A stretch of 64,000 nt of DNA from assembly GCA_963823335.1 (NCBI GenBank), contig CAWGLD010000001.1:1312001-1376000 (forward strand). Reading direction: 5' to 3'. The number at the start of each line of letters is the position of its first letter. Within the stretch, counting starts at the first letter, position 1. The notes under the pieces were generated by a model. The model searched no databases and was not told the DNA's origin. It saw only the letters and a list, made by a program, of their open reading frames with translations. Of this stretch, positions 9,705-18,758 are shown in pieces. The translations under genes were made by a program, and so were the position numbers. This DNA is from an uncultured delta proteobacterium. GTDB taxonomy: Bacteria; Desulfobacterota; Desulfobacteria; Desulfobacterales; B30-G6.

Positions 9705-10331
9705 TTATCGCTTATTCTTCCAGATGGTGGGCTCGGCGCCATGTACCAGTCGTACGATGTTTTGCTTGTGTCGATAGATAATCAGTATGGTGACCATGGA
9801 AGCGCAAACGGTAAACACCGCTGAATGGGTTGTGTGCCAAATTGAAATTGGCAGAACCGCAGCACCCGACAAGGATGCCATGGAAGCCTTGTTTGAGATG
9901 CAGGCCGCCATGACAAAGACCAGCAGTGTGACCAGGGCGGAAAAAGGAGATACAATCAGAAAGCACCCCCATGCCGTGGCCACGCCTTTTCCGCCACCTT
10001 GCCAGCCAAGATAGAGGGGATAAAGATGTCCTGTAAATGCGGATATCGCAATCAGGGATATATAAACCTGGTTCCATGAATTTTCAGGGCTTTCCATCAG
10101 GTGAAGGGCAATAAATACTGGTAGAGCGCCCTTGAACACATCCAGAAAAAGTGTCAGCAGGCCCAGTCTGGCACCGGCAATACGCAGGACATTGGTTGCT
10201 CCGATATTCCCACTTCCCTTGTGACGGATGTCCTGATTGCAGAAAAGAATCGATAGAACGAGTCCAAATGGGATAGAACCGAGCAGATAGGCCAGGAAAA
10301 AGAGTCCGCCATATTTAAGAGCTTCGATCAT
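9705..10331 (-). CDS. plsY: Glycerol-3-phosphate 1-O-acyltransferase PlsY
   Basis: YLLGSIPFG, DIRHKGSGNIGATNVLR, GHLYP, GGKGVAT, HKQNIVRL; start MIEAL overlaps the upstream stop (ATGA). Confidence 0.93.
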   Translation of the reverse strand: MIEALKYGGLFFLAYLLGSIPFGLVLSILFCNQDIRHKGSGNIGATNVLRIAGARLGLLTLFLDVFKGALPVFIALHLMESPENSWNQVYISLIAISAFTGHLYPLYLGWQGGGKGVATAWGCFLIVSPFSALVTLLVFVMAACISNKASMASLSGAAVLPISIWHTTHSAVFTVCASMVTILIIYRHKQNIVRLVHGAEPTIWKNKR

Positions 10332-10753
10332 TGCACGAGAAAGAGGATGCTTTCCATGGCATGACCATCCGCTCTCAGCACTTCCACCATCCAGTCCCCG
10401 AGTTCGTTGGGGGTGATTTGTTTTGAACTCCAGGTACGCCACGATGCTGAGTTGACCGGGAGTGTCACCGAGGATTTCAACTTGCCGTTCAAATACCAGT
10501 GATGAATGATTGCCGTATCTGCTTTAGCGCCCACAACCTTTGTAAAGCAGTAGAGTCGTTCAATACCTGCAGGGAAAACAGAACTCCTGCCAATCGGCAC
10601 TCTATTCACGATATTTCGACAAATAGCAGCCTCTTCCAACTGGATTTCCATGCCTGATGTTTCTTGTGCCGGCAGTTCCGCCGCGAATAGGAACGGGAGC
10701 AGGGTCATGCCCATACATATCAGGGTGAAAAAAAAACAGTTTATTTGTCGCAT
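10328..10753 (-). CDS. DUF2914 domain exported protein
   Basis: Signal peptide; ICRNIVNRVP, LYCFTKV, HHWY, WRTWSSK, GDWMVEV; GGAGG RBS. Confidence 0.8.
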   Translation of the reverse strand: MRQINCFFFTLICMGMTLLPFLFAAELPAQETSGMEIQLEEAAICRNIVNRVPIGRSSVFPAGIERLYCFTKVVGAKADTAIIHHWYLNGKLKSSVTLPVNSASWRTWSSKQITPNELGDWMVEVLRADGHAMESILFLVQ

Positions 10754-10802
10754 AGTTGCCTCCAACGGTTTTATATACTCCGGGTCTCCATGGATCAGGT
10801 TG

Positions 10803-11261
10803 TTAGTTCAGCGTTTTTAGTACAGCTGCCGCGGTCTTTTTATCCATCCTTACCAGGACATAATAATAATGGGGCGGGCCATAATCTCCGCACGGGTCAT
10901 ACCAGCGTTCGATAATTTCCGTGTAGTTGAGTTCCGTGTCGGATAATACATCGATAAGCTGGCTTGAATACTGACCCCGGGTTGTGTTGATCATCATGTC
11001 CTGGCTCGATACATGCGAGAAGATGGTACGCCCGAGTTCGGCCCGTCCCCGGTTTCCTGCCTGAATCCATGCGTCATTGACATTCCTGGTTTGTCCTGAA
11101 ATACCAACAGCGTAAAAATAGGTATCATCATGTGGTGTGGAGATTAACCAGACAGGAACCTCCCTGGAGTCACACGTTTGTGTCGATGCACAGCCAAATG
11201 TAAGCAGAAACACGAACATGCAGCATCCGATTTGAAGTATCCAGCTGTTCTGGCAGATCAT
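10803..11261 (-). CDS. Putative lipoprotein (LPP20-like)
   Basis: Lipobox LTFGC; PVW...YFYAVGIS...A..RGRAEL...YYVLVRM pattern; GAGGA RBS. Confidence 0.6.
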   Translation of the reverse strand: MICQNSWILQIGCCMFVFLLTFGCASTQTCDSREVPVWLISTPHDDTYFYAVGISGQTRNVNDAWIQAGNRGRAELGRTIFSHVSSQDMMINTTRGQYSSQLIDVLSDTELNYTEIIERWYDPCGDYGPPHYYYVLVRMDKKTAAAVLKTLN

Positions 11262-11531
11262 ACGTTCCTCGCAGGGTAGAAAACACAAGATTCGTTGAAA
11301 AAAACAGAGTGTTCTGTGCAGACGCGATGCTGAAAACCATAGTATAAATGACCTGGTTTATCAAGACCCCTTTATCCAAGAATCTCGCCGCAAGTTCCGA
11401 TAAATGTTCCACCGTGCGGCAGTGATTGGCAACGACAGTGGGGAAATTTGTATAAAGATCGGTTTTGACATTCACCGACATCGTTCTTAGGATAGGGTTG
11501 TACTGTTCAAACCCGGTGAGGAGGATATCAG

Positions 11532-11705
11532 ATGCCCTTCATTACCCTTCCAGATATCAACGGCAAGATCTATATACCGAAACAGAATGCCTTGTCTCTG
11601 AAAAAGCATTCATGCAGTAATTGTTTCTCCTGCCAGATGTGCAGCGATGATCGCTGTGGTCTCTGTCTTGCCGAGGAGACAGGTGAAAAGCCCGAGGCGG
11701 AATAA
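11532..11705 (+). CDS. Small Cys-rich protein (57 aa), absent from the ORF track
   Basis: GAGGAGGA RBS; MPFITLPDINGKIYIPKQNALSLKKHSCSNCFSCQMCSDDRCGLCLAEETGEKPEAE; six Cys in CxxCxxCxxCxxxxCxxC. Confidence 0.75.
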   Translation: MPFITLPDINGKIYIPKQNALSLKKHSCSNCFSCQMCSDDRCGLCLAEETGEKPEAE

Positions 11706-11731
11706 AACCGTGTAAAAAATTCTATTGAGAC

Positions 11732-11775
11732 TTGACATGTGTTCCCTTAATCGTTTATCGTCGTTTTACGATTAA
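11732..11775 (+). promoter_or_regulatory. Sigma-70 promoter overlapped by a palindromic putative ArsR operator
   Basis: TTGACA (11732-37), 18 nt, TATCGT; inverted repeats TTAATCGT/ACGATTAA and ATCGT-N6-ACGAT over the -10 box. Confidence 0.65.
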
Positions 11776-11898
11776 TCATGGGTACTGGTAACTCCCAAGA
11801 TTTGGCTGCACCGGCATCCCAAAGCCCGAGAATTTTTTTGAACTGCGACAGCGGGCGCTAACTCATTGCCTGCCGCGGGGTTCGTGAGCGAATCTGAG

Positions 11899-12165
11899 AT
11901 GGAAGCAGAACAATTTTCAAAAATATGCAAGGCCCTGGGCCATCCGGCCCGGGTTCGAATCATTGATTATCTGAAGGAAGCTGATACATGCATTTGTGGC
12001 GAGATAGTTAACCTTTTGCCCCTGGCCCAGTCAACGGTGAGCCAGCATCTGAAAATTTTGAAGGAATCCGGACTGGTAAAAGGTGAAATAGAAGGTCCCC
12101 GAACCTGCTACTGCCTGGACCGGACCCTGATGGATTTATTCAAATACAAGGTAAATGATTTATAA
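11899..12165 (+). CDS. ArsR/SmtB family transcriptional repressor
   Basis: KALGHPARVRII, CICGEIV, LAQSTVSQHLKILKESGLV, GPRTCYC; start could also be 11884 or 11866. Confidence 0.92.
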   Translation: MEAEQFSKICKALGHPARVRIIDYLKEADTCICGEIVNLLPLAQSTVSQHLKILKESGLVKGEIEGPRTCYCLDRTLMDLFKYKVNDL

Positions 12166-13367
12166 TGCCAACGGAAAATCAGAATGACAACCTGTGCTGT
12201 GACCCCGCCAAAACGCCCCGTGTTAATGAAGGGCTAACAGAAATGCTACCCATTTACAGGGAAGGACCGCCAGATGAGGCTTGCTGCGGCCCACCACCAG
12301 GTCCTGCCAGCAGTCGATTTGAAAAACCGGGCTATCGTCTATGTGATTTCGTTGAAGGATTCATGGAGACCCCGACGGGGTCGGTGCCAAGAATAAAAAC
12401 GAGCCCTGAGAGATGGGATCTTCTCGGGAACATCATGGTTCGTCTGGGGATCAACAGAGGTCAGTATAAGGTGGCGCCCGGGCTTTACAGTATCGGTGAT
12501 GTCACGCCGCTGTCACCTGTTCTGGTAACGGCAAACTATAAGCTCACCTTCGATCTGCTGCGTCAGGACCTTCAGGGAGAATCTGCCTGGGTCCTGGTAT
12601 TGGATACCAGGGGCATCAATGTCTGGTGTGCGGCCGGTAAAAAAACATTTTCCACCGCTGAAGTGATTCACAGGGTCAAACAGACCCGTCTGCAGGAAGT
12701 CGTTAGCCACCGAAGACTGATTTTACCCCAATTATCGGCAACGGGTGTTTCAGGTAAACTGGTAACCAAAGGTTGCGGTTTCAGGGTGACCTGGGGACCG
12801 ATTCGGACAAAGGATATCAAGCCCTTTTTAAGGGCAGGTTTGAAGGCCGATAAAGCCATGCGGCGGGTGACATTTGGATTTGTGGAACGACTGATACTCG
12901 TGCCTGTCGAGCTGACCTTACTGCGCAAATATCTTTTGTGGATTTTTTTGGCGGGCTTTATCCTTTCAGGTGTTGGTCCTGGTCTTTTTTCCATCGGTCC
13001 GGCCTGGAGCCGCGGACTCGTCCTGATCGCAGCATGTGCTGTCGGGGTATTTTCGGGCGCCGTGGCGGTGCCGGTGCTGCTGCCCTGGGTACCTGGCAGG
13101 GCCTTTGCAGTCAAAGGTGTCATCATTGGGGTATTAACGGGTGCCGGTATGGTACTGGTGTTGGGAAAGTCGATCACCGTTGTGGAAGCAACGGCCATGA
13201 TTCTTTTGATCGGAGCTGTCAGTTCATATTTGGCCATGAATTTTACCGGGTCGACACCCTATACCTCCCCTTCGGGTGTAGAAAAGGAGATGCGGAAAGC
13301 CATGCCCTTTCAGGTCTTGGCGATAATTCTGTCCATTGCGGGCTGGGTTGGCTCGGTGTTTATTTAG
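12165..13367 (+). CDS. hgcA: Mercury methylation corrinoid protein HgcA
   Basis: Cap-helix motif NVWCAAGK, PGLY, VLVTANYKLTFD, LILPQLSATGV, C-terminal TM helices, NFTGSTPYTSPSGVEKEM; followed by hgcB. Confidence 0.96.
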   Translation: MPTENQNDNLCCDPAKTPRVNEGLTEMLPIYREGPPDEACCGPPPGPASSRFEKPGYRLCDFVEGFMETPTGSVPRIKTSPERWDLLGNIMVRLGINRGQYKVAPGLYSIGDVTPLSPVLVTANYKLTFDLLRQDLQGESAWVLVLDTRGINVWCAAGKKTFSTAEVIHRVKQTRLQEVVSHRRLILPQLSATGVSGKLVTKGCGFRVTWGPIRTKDIKPFLRAGLKADKAMRRVTFGFVERLILVPVELTLLRKYLLWIFLAGFILSGVGPGLFSIGPAWSRGLVLIAACAVGVFSGAVAVPVLLPWVPGRAFAVKGVIIGVLTGAGMVLVLGKSITVVEATAMILLIGAVSSYLAMNFTGSTPYTSPSGVEKEMRKAMPFQVLAIILSIAGWVGSVFI

Positions 13368-13375
13368 GAGAGCTT

Positions 13376-13666
13376 ATGGAAAAATTCAGATACCTTTCTC
13401 ATGTGAGCACCCTCAATCTCGATCCTGAGGCCTGCACCGGTTGTGGAACTTGTGAACTCGTCTGCCCTCACGGTGTCTTTGAAGTAAGAGCTCACAAAGC
13501 AGGGATTGTGGACAAAGACGGGTGTATGGAATGCGGAGCCTGTGCGACCAATTGCCCGGTGGATGCCATCACTGTCAATCCAGGGGTTGGATGTGCTGCA
13601 TATATTGTTCAAACGTGGATCAAAGGCAAAACGAAAGCCTCCTGTGGAGGTGTTGATTGCTGTTAG
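13376..13666 (+). CDS. hgcB: Mercury methylation ferredoxin HgcB
   Basis: CTGCGTCELVCP and CMECGACATNCP (two 4Fe-4S), GVGCA, terminal CC; AGGAG RBS (true start inside track ORF 12938-13666). Confidence 0.95.
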   Translation: MEKFRYLSHVSTLNLDPEACTGCGTCELVCPHGVFEVRAHKAGIVDKDGCMECGACATNCPVDAITVNPGVGCAAYIVQTWIKGKTKASCGGVDCC

Positions 13667-13983
13667 ACCACACCCACCTCCGGCTAAACAGCGAGGTTAC
13701 CGCCATAGGAGGGGCGTATGCCTTTTTAAAAGAAAGTAGCCTCCGGATTCAAGAAAAGACCATCCTGTATTACATCGGCTGTGCCGTGCTGAACAGCACC
13801 TGTTGCGGCACGGGTGGTGTCTGCTTTGCGAGGGTACCCGGCGTTGTTCATGATCTGAAATACAAAACAGATGATGACGGTGCACCCATCTCCCGCGTCG
13901 AACCCATCACGGATAAAACTGTTCAAAAAGAAGTCAGCAAGATTCTTCAAGATACGGAAATGGTACACCAGGTTGAATTCTAA
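13657..13983 (+). CDS. Hypothetical protein with TCCG motif, overlapping hgcB
   Basis: 108 aa, TTG start after GGAGG inside the hgcB 3' end; YYIGCAVLNSTCCGTGGVCFARVPG. Confidence 0.7.
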   Translation: MLLDHTHLRLNSEVTAIGGAYAFLKESSLRIQEKTILYYIGCAVLNSTCCGTGGVCFARVPGVVHDLKYKTDDDGAPISRVEPITDKTVQKEVSKILQDTEMVHQVEF

Positions 13984-14086
13984 ATCCTTAGGATTTCCAG
14001 CTTGAGTCTTAAATCCCTATAGGTTAAAAAGAGCTTGATCCTATTCTCTTAGAAATATTCATGCAACGTTCAGGTATCAAGAACAT

Positions 14087-15109
14087 ATGGAAATAAAACG
14101 GCGTCTCATATACATTATTTTTGCGATATTCTGTGTCATCTGGGCGGGGAGTTTTGGGTATTACTTCATATTTAAGGCACAATACGGCTTTATGACCTGT
14201 CTTTACATGACGGTCATTTCCCTGACGACAGTGGGGTATGGTGAGGTCATTGAAGTCACTGGAAATCTCTCAGCCGAGATTTTTACCATGATCCTTATTA
14301 CCTTTGGAATGGGAATTATTTTGTACGGAATCAGTACCTTGACTGCTATTATCATCGAAGGTGAACTTTCCGGAATATTGAGGAAAAAAAGAATGGAAAA
14401 AAAAATTCAGAAGCTAAAGGATCATTATATTGTCTGCGGGGGCGGGCAAACCGGTCGTCCGGTGTTGGCTGAAATGATTATCAACGCGGAGCCCGTGGTT
14501 CTCATCGAACAAAGTGAAGAGATTATCGAGCGGTGTAAAGCTATCTGGGAAGACCTGCTGTATGTGATGGGAGATGCCTCGGATGACGTGAATTTAAAAG
14601 CTGCCGGGATTGAAAACGCCAAAGGCATTATCATCAGCCTGGCGTCGGACAAGGATAATCTGTTCACAACCATGAGTGCGCGGATGCTAAACAGCAGAAT
14701 CCGGATTATCAGTCGAACCACCGATGCCGCACTCGAAGCCAAGATGCGGCGGGCCGGCGCCAACGGCATTGTATCACCCAATTACATCGGGGCTCTGCGA
14801 ATGGCTTCCGAGATGATCCGGCCTGCTGCCGTCGATTTTCTGGACAGCATGCTGCGCAGCAGCCGGGGAAATTTACGGATTCATGAAATCAGCATTGCCG
14901 AGAAATCCCCGTTGCTGGAAAAGAATATTATGGCTGCAGGGTTAAAAGAGAAATTTGATCTTCTGGTGCTGGGAATTAAAAACAAAAACAAGGAAATCGA
15001 GTTTAATCCTGACCCGACACGGATACTGGCATCCGGCGAAACGCTCATCGTGATGGGAGAGGTGGAGAATATTACCAGGGTTCGACACAAATACTATAAA
15101 CCGGCCTAA
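14087..15109 (+). CDS. Potassium channel protein with RCK (TrkA-N/C) domains
   Basis: TTVGYG selectivity filter, two TM helices, HYIVCGGGQTG, GDASD, C-terminal RCK_C. Confidence 0.92.
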   Translation: MEIKRRLIYIIFAIFCVIWAGSFGYYFIFKAQYGFMTCLYMTVISLTTVGYGEVIEVTGNLSAEIFTMILITFGMGIILYGISTLTAIIIEGELSGILRKKRMEKKIQKLKDHYIVCGGGQTGRPVLAEMIINAEPVVLIEQSEEIIERCKAIWEDLLYVMGDASDDVNLKAAGIENAKGIIISLASDKDNLFTTMSARMLNSRIRIISRTTDAALEAKMRRAGANGIVSPNYIGALRMASEMIRPAAVDFLDSMLRSSRGNLRIHEISIAEKSPLLEKNIMAAGLKEKFDLLVLGIKNKNKEIEFNPDPTRILASGETLIVMGEVENITRVRHKYYKPA

Positions 15110-15270
15110 AATCCAAATTTTATGCAGGCTTCTAATCTTTTCAGTCTGAACGTTAAACCCTCACTCCTGCTCCTCATCAAGTGCAGGATAAACTGCGGTG
15201 GGCGTCCAGAAAAACAACGATAGGTTTCCACTATCTATACAGTATTCAGAATAGTATGGAAAATTAAGGT

Positions 15271-16830
15271 ATGCCCGCAAAAGACTTGATACTGGCCATC
15301 GACAACGGCACCCAGAGTTTGAAAGCGATTGTTTTCGATGGAGAAGGCACCCTGCTGGCCAAAGAACAGGTGAGTTTCGAGCCCTATTTTTCGAAAAAAC
15401 CCGGCTGGGCTGAGCAGGATCCCGAGGTGTTCTGGAATGCGCTCTGTCAGGCGTGCCAGGCCCTTTGGAAACAGGAGGGTCAGTTCCGGGAACGCATAGC
15501 AGGCGTTGCACTTACCACCCAGAGGGGCACGGTCATCAATGTCGACAAAAAGGGCACACCCCTGCGACCGGCCATTTTGTGGCTCGATCAGCGGAAGACA
15601 CATGGCTTGCCGTTCATGGGCGGCCCCTGGGGGCTCCTGTTCAGGCTGGCCAGGCTTAACGAGACCATTGCCTATTTCCAGGCGGAGGCCGAAGCCAACT
15701 GGATCCATGCCTACCAACCGGGCCTTTGGGGAAGCACCCACAAATACCTGCTTCTTTCCGGATTTCTCACCCACAGACTTACCGGAAAGTTCGTTGATTC
15801 CATAGGGTGTCAGGTCGGATATATTCCCTTCGATTACCGGCACATGCGCTGGGCGTCTTCCTGGGACTGGAAATGGCGGTGTCTTCCCATTAAAAGAGAA
15901 ATGCTGCCGGATCTGGTGCTACCCGGTCAGGTGCTGGGCACTATCACCAGCGCAGCATCGTTAGAAACAGGAATTCCCGGGGATCTCCCCCTGATTGCCG
16001 CCGCCGCCGATAAAGCCTGTGAGGTTATCGGGTCAGGAAGCCTCGATTCTTCCGTGGGGTGTCTCAGCTATGGCACCACTGCAACCATCAACGTCACGCA
16101 TAAAAAATATATTGAGCCCATAGCACTATTGCCGGCTTATCCATCGGCCGTTCCCGGGTATCACACCGTGGAAGTCCAGGTTTTCAGGGGCTATTGGATG
16201 GTCAACTGGTTCAAGGAGGAATTCGGCCATCCCGAGCGACGGGAAGCCAGGAAAACGGGCCTGACACCGGAGACCTTGTTTGAGAACCTGCTGGAGGATA
16301 TTCCACCCTGCTCCATGGGACTGGTTCTGCAACCCTACTGGACACCGGGGCTGAAATCTCCAGGACCGGAAGCCAAGGGGGCTATTATCGGGTTTGGAGA
16401 TATTCACACCCGGGCCCACCTCTATCGCGCCATTATCGAGGGCCTGGCCTATGCCATGCGGGAGGGCAAGGAACGGATCGAGAAACGCAGCCGCACATCC
16501 GTCAACAGCCTGCGTGTCTCCGGGGGTGGCTCCCAGAGTCACAACGCTCTGCAGCTCACAGCAGATGTCTTTGGCCTGCCGACAGGGAAACCGCATGTTT
16601 ATGAAACGTCCGGTCTTGGAGCCGCCATCGATGCGGCCGTTGGCCTCGGGTTTCATGACAGCTTTGTATCCGCCGTCAAAGCCATGACGCGTGTGGGGGA
16701 GGTGTTCGAGCCCGATCCGAAAACACACCAGATGTACGATGAGCTCTACCACGAGGTCTATAAAAAGATGTACAAGCATCTGAAGCCACTTTACGAACGC
16801 ATTCGCAAGATTACCGGTTATCCAGGATAA
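15271..16830 (+). CDS. FGGY-family carbohydrate kinase
   Basis: [40 protein letters not shown]. Confidence 0.9.
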   Translation: MPAKDLILAIDNGTQSLKAIVFDGEGTLLAKEQVSFEPYFSKKPGWAEQDPEVFWNALCQACQALWKQEGQFRERIAGVALTTQRGTVINVDKKGTPLRPAILWLDQRKTHGLPFMGGPWGLLFRLARLNETIAYFQAEAEANWIHAYQPGLWGSTHKYLLLSGFLTHRLTGKFVDSIGCQVGYIPFDYRHMRWASSWDWKWRCLPIKREMLPDLVLPGQVLGTITSAASLETGIPGDLPLIAAAADKACEVIGSGSLDSSVGCLSYGTTATINVTHKKYIEPIALLPAYPSAVPGYHTVEVQVFRGYWMVNWFKEEFGHPERREARKTGLTPETLFENLLEDIPPCSMGLVLQPYWTPGLKSPGPEAKGAIIGFGDIHTRAHLYRAIIEGLAYAMREGKERIEKRSRTSVNSLRVSGGGSQSHNALQLTADVFGLPTGKPHVYETSGLGAAIDAAVGLGFHDSFVSAVKAMTRVGEVFEPDPKTHQMYDELYHEVYKKMYKHLKPLYERIRKITGYPG

Positions 16831-16873
16831 AAAGGGATATCCTGTTACCCTCGGGTGCAGCGGATGCCCTTTT
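16830..16873 (+). terminator. Putative intrinsic terminator
   Basis: AAAAGGGATATCC...GGATGCCCTTTT hairpin right after the kinase stop. Confidence 0.5.
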
Positions 16874-16918
16874 CATTTTATACTTTACAAAAAGTATATC
16901 GTGACATAATTTTTTATC

Positions 16919-18628
16919 ATGCTTCAAGAACTCTCCATTCGCCAATTTGCCATCATCGACGATATCCGCATCACCTTTGAGGACGGCCTGACCATCCTGA
17001 GCGGTGAGACCGGTGCCGGCAAATCCATCATTATCAATGCGGTAAATCTCCTCCTGGGCAGCAGGGCATCCGAGAAAATGATCCGGACCGGGGCCGAAAG
17101 CGCAGAAGTCCAAGCGCTGTTCCGGATGGATCCTGAAAGCCCTGTGGCGCAGTCCATGGAAGGCCACGGGTTTTCAGTATCGGATGGTTTGCTGATACGG
17201 CGCATTGTTTCCAGGAATGACCGTCATCGGGTATATATCAACGACCGTCTTTCGACCATGCAGGTGCTGAAGACCTTGACACAGCACATGGCTAGTATTT
17301 CAGGTCAGCATGCCCATCAGGGTTTGCTCAAAGAAGATCAGCAGCTTCTGATACTGGATCAGATTGGCGGGCTTCTGCCCCTCCGAAACGAGGTTCATGA
17401 AGCATTCAACCGTTTGTTGCCATCTATCCAGGAGTATCACAAACTGATTCAATCAAAGGACCGGCAGCAAGACCAACTGGAATTGTTGCGGTTCCAGTGG
17501 CAGGAGATCCAGACGGCGCGTATTACCCCAGACGAGGATGTGGAACTGGAGCAGGAGATAGCGCGGCTGAAAAATGCCGAGGTGCTCCTGGAGGTCATTC
17601 ACAGCAGTATCGATTCACTCTACAGCGCTTCGGGTGCGGTGGTGGAACGCATCATGGAAGTGGGAAAACGGTTGGCGCATGCCTCCCGGATCGATGCGGC
17701 CCTGGAACCGCCATCCGAAGCGTTATCGGAAAGTGCCTACAAGATCGAAGACGTGGTGGCATCTCTCAGGGCCTATATGGGACGGATTCAGGTGGACCAG
17801 GGCCGTCTGGAAACGGCTGAGGAGCGCATGGACCTACTCGTCAAGCTGAAGCGCAAATACGGCAAGACCCTTGAGGACATTATCGAAAAAAAGGCCGCCA
17901 TAGAACTGGCCTTGGCCGAGGTTGAAAACCTCTCCGAAAAAATATCGGTCAGTCACAAGACCCTTGTATCTCTGCAGACGCAAACATGCGCTCTTTGTGA
18001 GCAGTTGTCAAAAAAGCGCTGGGCGGCGGCCCAGCAGCTGTCGCGTGCCGCAGAGGCGGAGCTTGCCACCTTGAAGATGAATCAGACCCGTTTTCAGGTT
18101 GCCCTGGTACCTGTCGTTTCAAATCCGGAGGCCGAGCCATTCCTGCTTTGCGGTGACAGGCTCATGACGGAAACCGGTTTTGAAACAGCCCGATTTTTGA
18201 TTGCACCCAATGTCGGAGAAGACCTGAAACCCATGTCCGATATTGCGTCCGGGGGCGAGCTTTCCAGGATCGTATTGGCTTTAAAGGCAATTCTTGCCCA
18301 GACCGATGCCGTGGAAACCATTATCTTTGACGAGGTGGATGCGGGTATTGGCGGGACTGTCGCAGAAGTGGTGGGTAACAAACTTGCCAAACTCTCCCGG
18401 TTTCACCAGGTGATCTGTATCACGCATCTGCCTCAAATCGCCCGATTTGGTGCGCATCAGTTCAAAATTGCCAAACAGATCGTGGGGCAAAGAACGGCGA
18501 CCACCATCCATAGACTGACCCATGATGAACGCATCGATGAAATCGCTAGAATGATGGCTGGTGAAAATGTGACCGCAAAAACCCTGGCCCATGCTTCTGA
18601 GATGATGGCAGGGGTTGCTAACACCTAA
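16919..18628 (+). CDS. recN: DNA repair protein RecN
   Basis: LSGETGAGKS, GQHAHQ, ASGGELSR, IFDEVDAGIGG, QVICITHLPQ. Confidence 0.96.
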   Translation: MLQELSIRQFAIIDDIRITFEDGLTILSGETGAGKSIIINAVNLLLGSRASEKMIRTGAESAEVQALFRMDPESPVAQSMEGHGFSVSDGLLIRRIVSRNDRHRVYINDRLSTMQVLKTLTQHMASISGQHAHQGLLKEDQQLLILDQIGGLLPLRNEVHEAFNRLLPSIQEYHKLIQSKDRQQDQLELLRFQWQEIQTARITPDEDVELEQEIARLKNAEVLLEVIHSSIDSLYSASGAVVERIMEVGKRLAHASRIDAALEPPSEALSESAYKIEDVVASLRAYMGRIQVDQGRLETAEERMDLLVKLKRKYGKTLEDIIEKKAAIELALAEVENLSEKISVSHKTLVSLQTQTCALCEQLSKKRWAAAQQLSRAAEAELATLKMNQTRFQVALVPVVSNPEAEPFLLCGDRLMTETGFETARFLIAPNVGEDLKPMSDIASGGELSRIVLALKAILAQTDAVETIIFDEVDAGIGGTVAEVVGNKLAKLSRFHQVICITHLPQIARFGAHQFKIAKQIVGQRTATTIHRLTHDERIDEIARMMAGENVTAKTLAHASEMMAGVANT

Positions 18629-18662
18629 TTTTTATCCGCAATAAACCAGGTGTTTGTCCGGA

Positions 18663-18690
18663 TTGACCCTTTCCTAAATTCACTTATAAT
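18663..18690 (+). promoter_or_regulatory. Sigma-70 promoter
   Basis: TTGACC-16 nt-TATAAT upstream of the sensor kinase. Confidence 0.55.
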
Positions 18691-18758
18691 CTTTTTTAGC
18701 ATCAAAATCGACACTGTCGTGTTTGATGAAATTGCAAAACGATTTTATAGGTGAAGTC

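Noticed and set aside
11290-11500. Cobalamin riboswitch ahead of the corrinoid-dependent hgc locus
   Set aside because: Conserved B12-box elements not found in order on either strand
11773-11898. In-frame TGA (11839-41) upstream of arsR as possible selenocysteine
   Set aside because: No start codon with RBS between it and the upstream TAA, and ArsR is complete without the extension
12938-13375. N-terminal part of the 242-aa track ORF
   Set aside because: Overlaps hgcA out of frame; the real hgcB start is ATG 13376 with an AGGAG RBS
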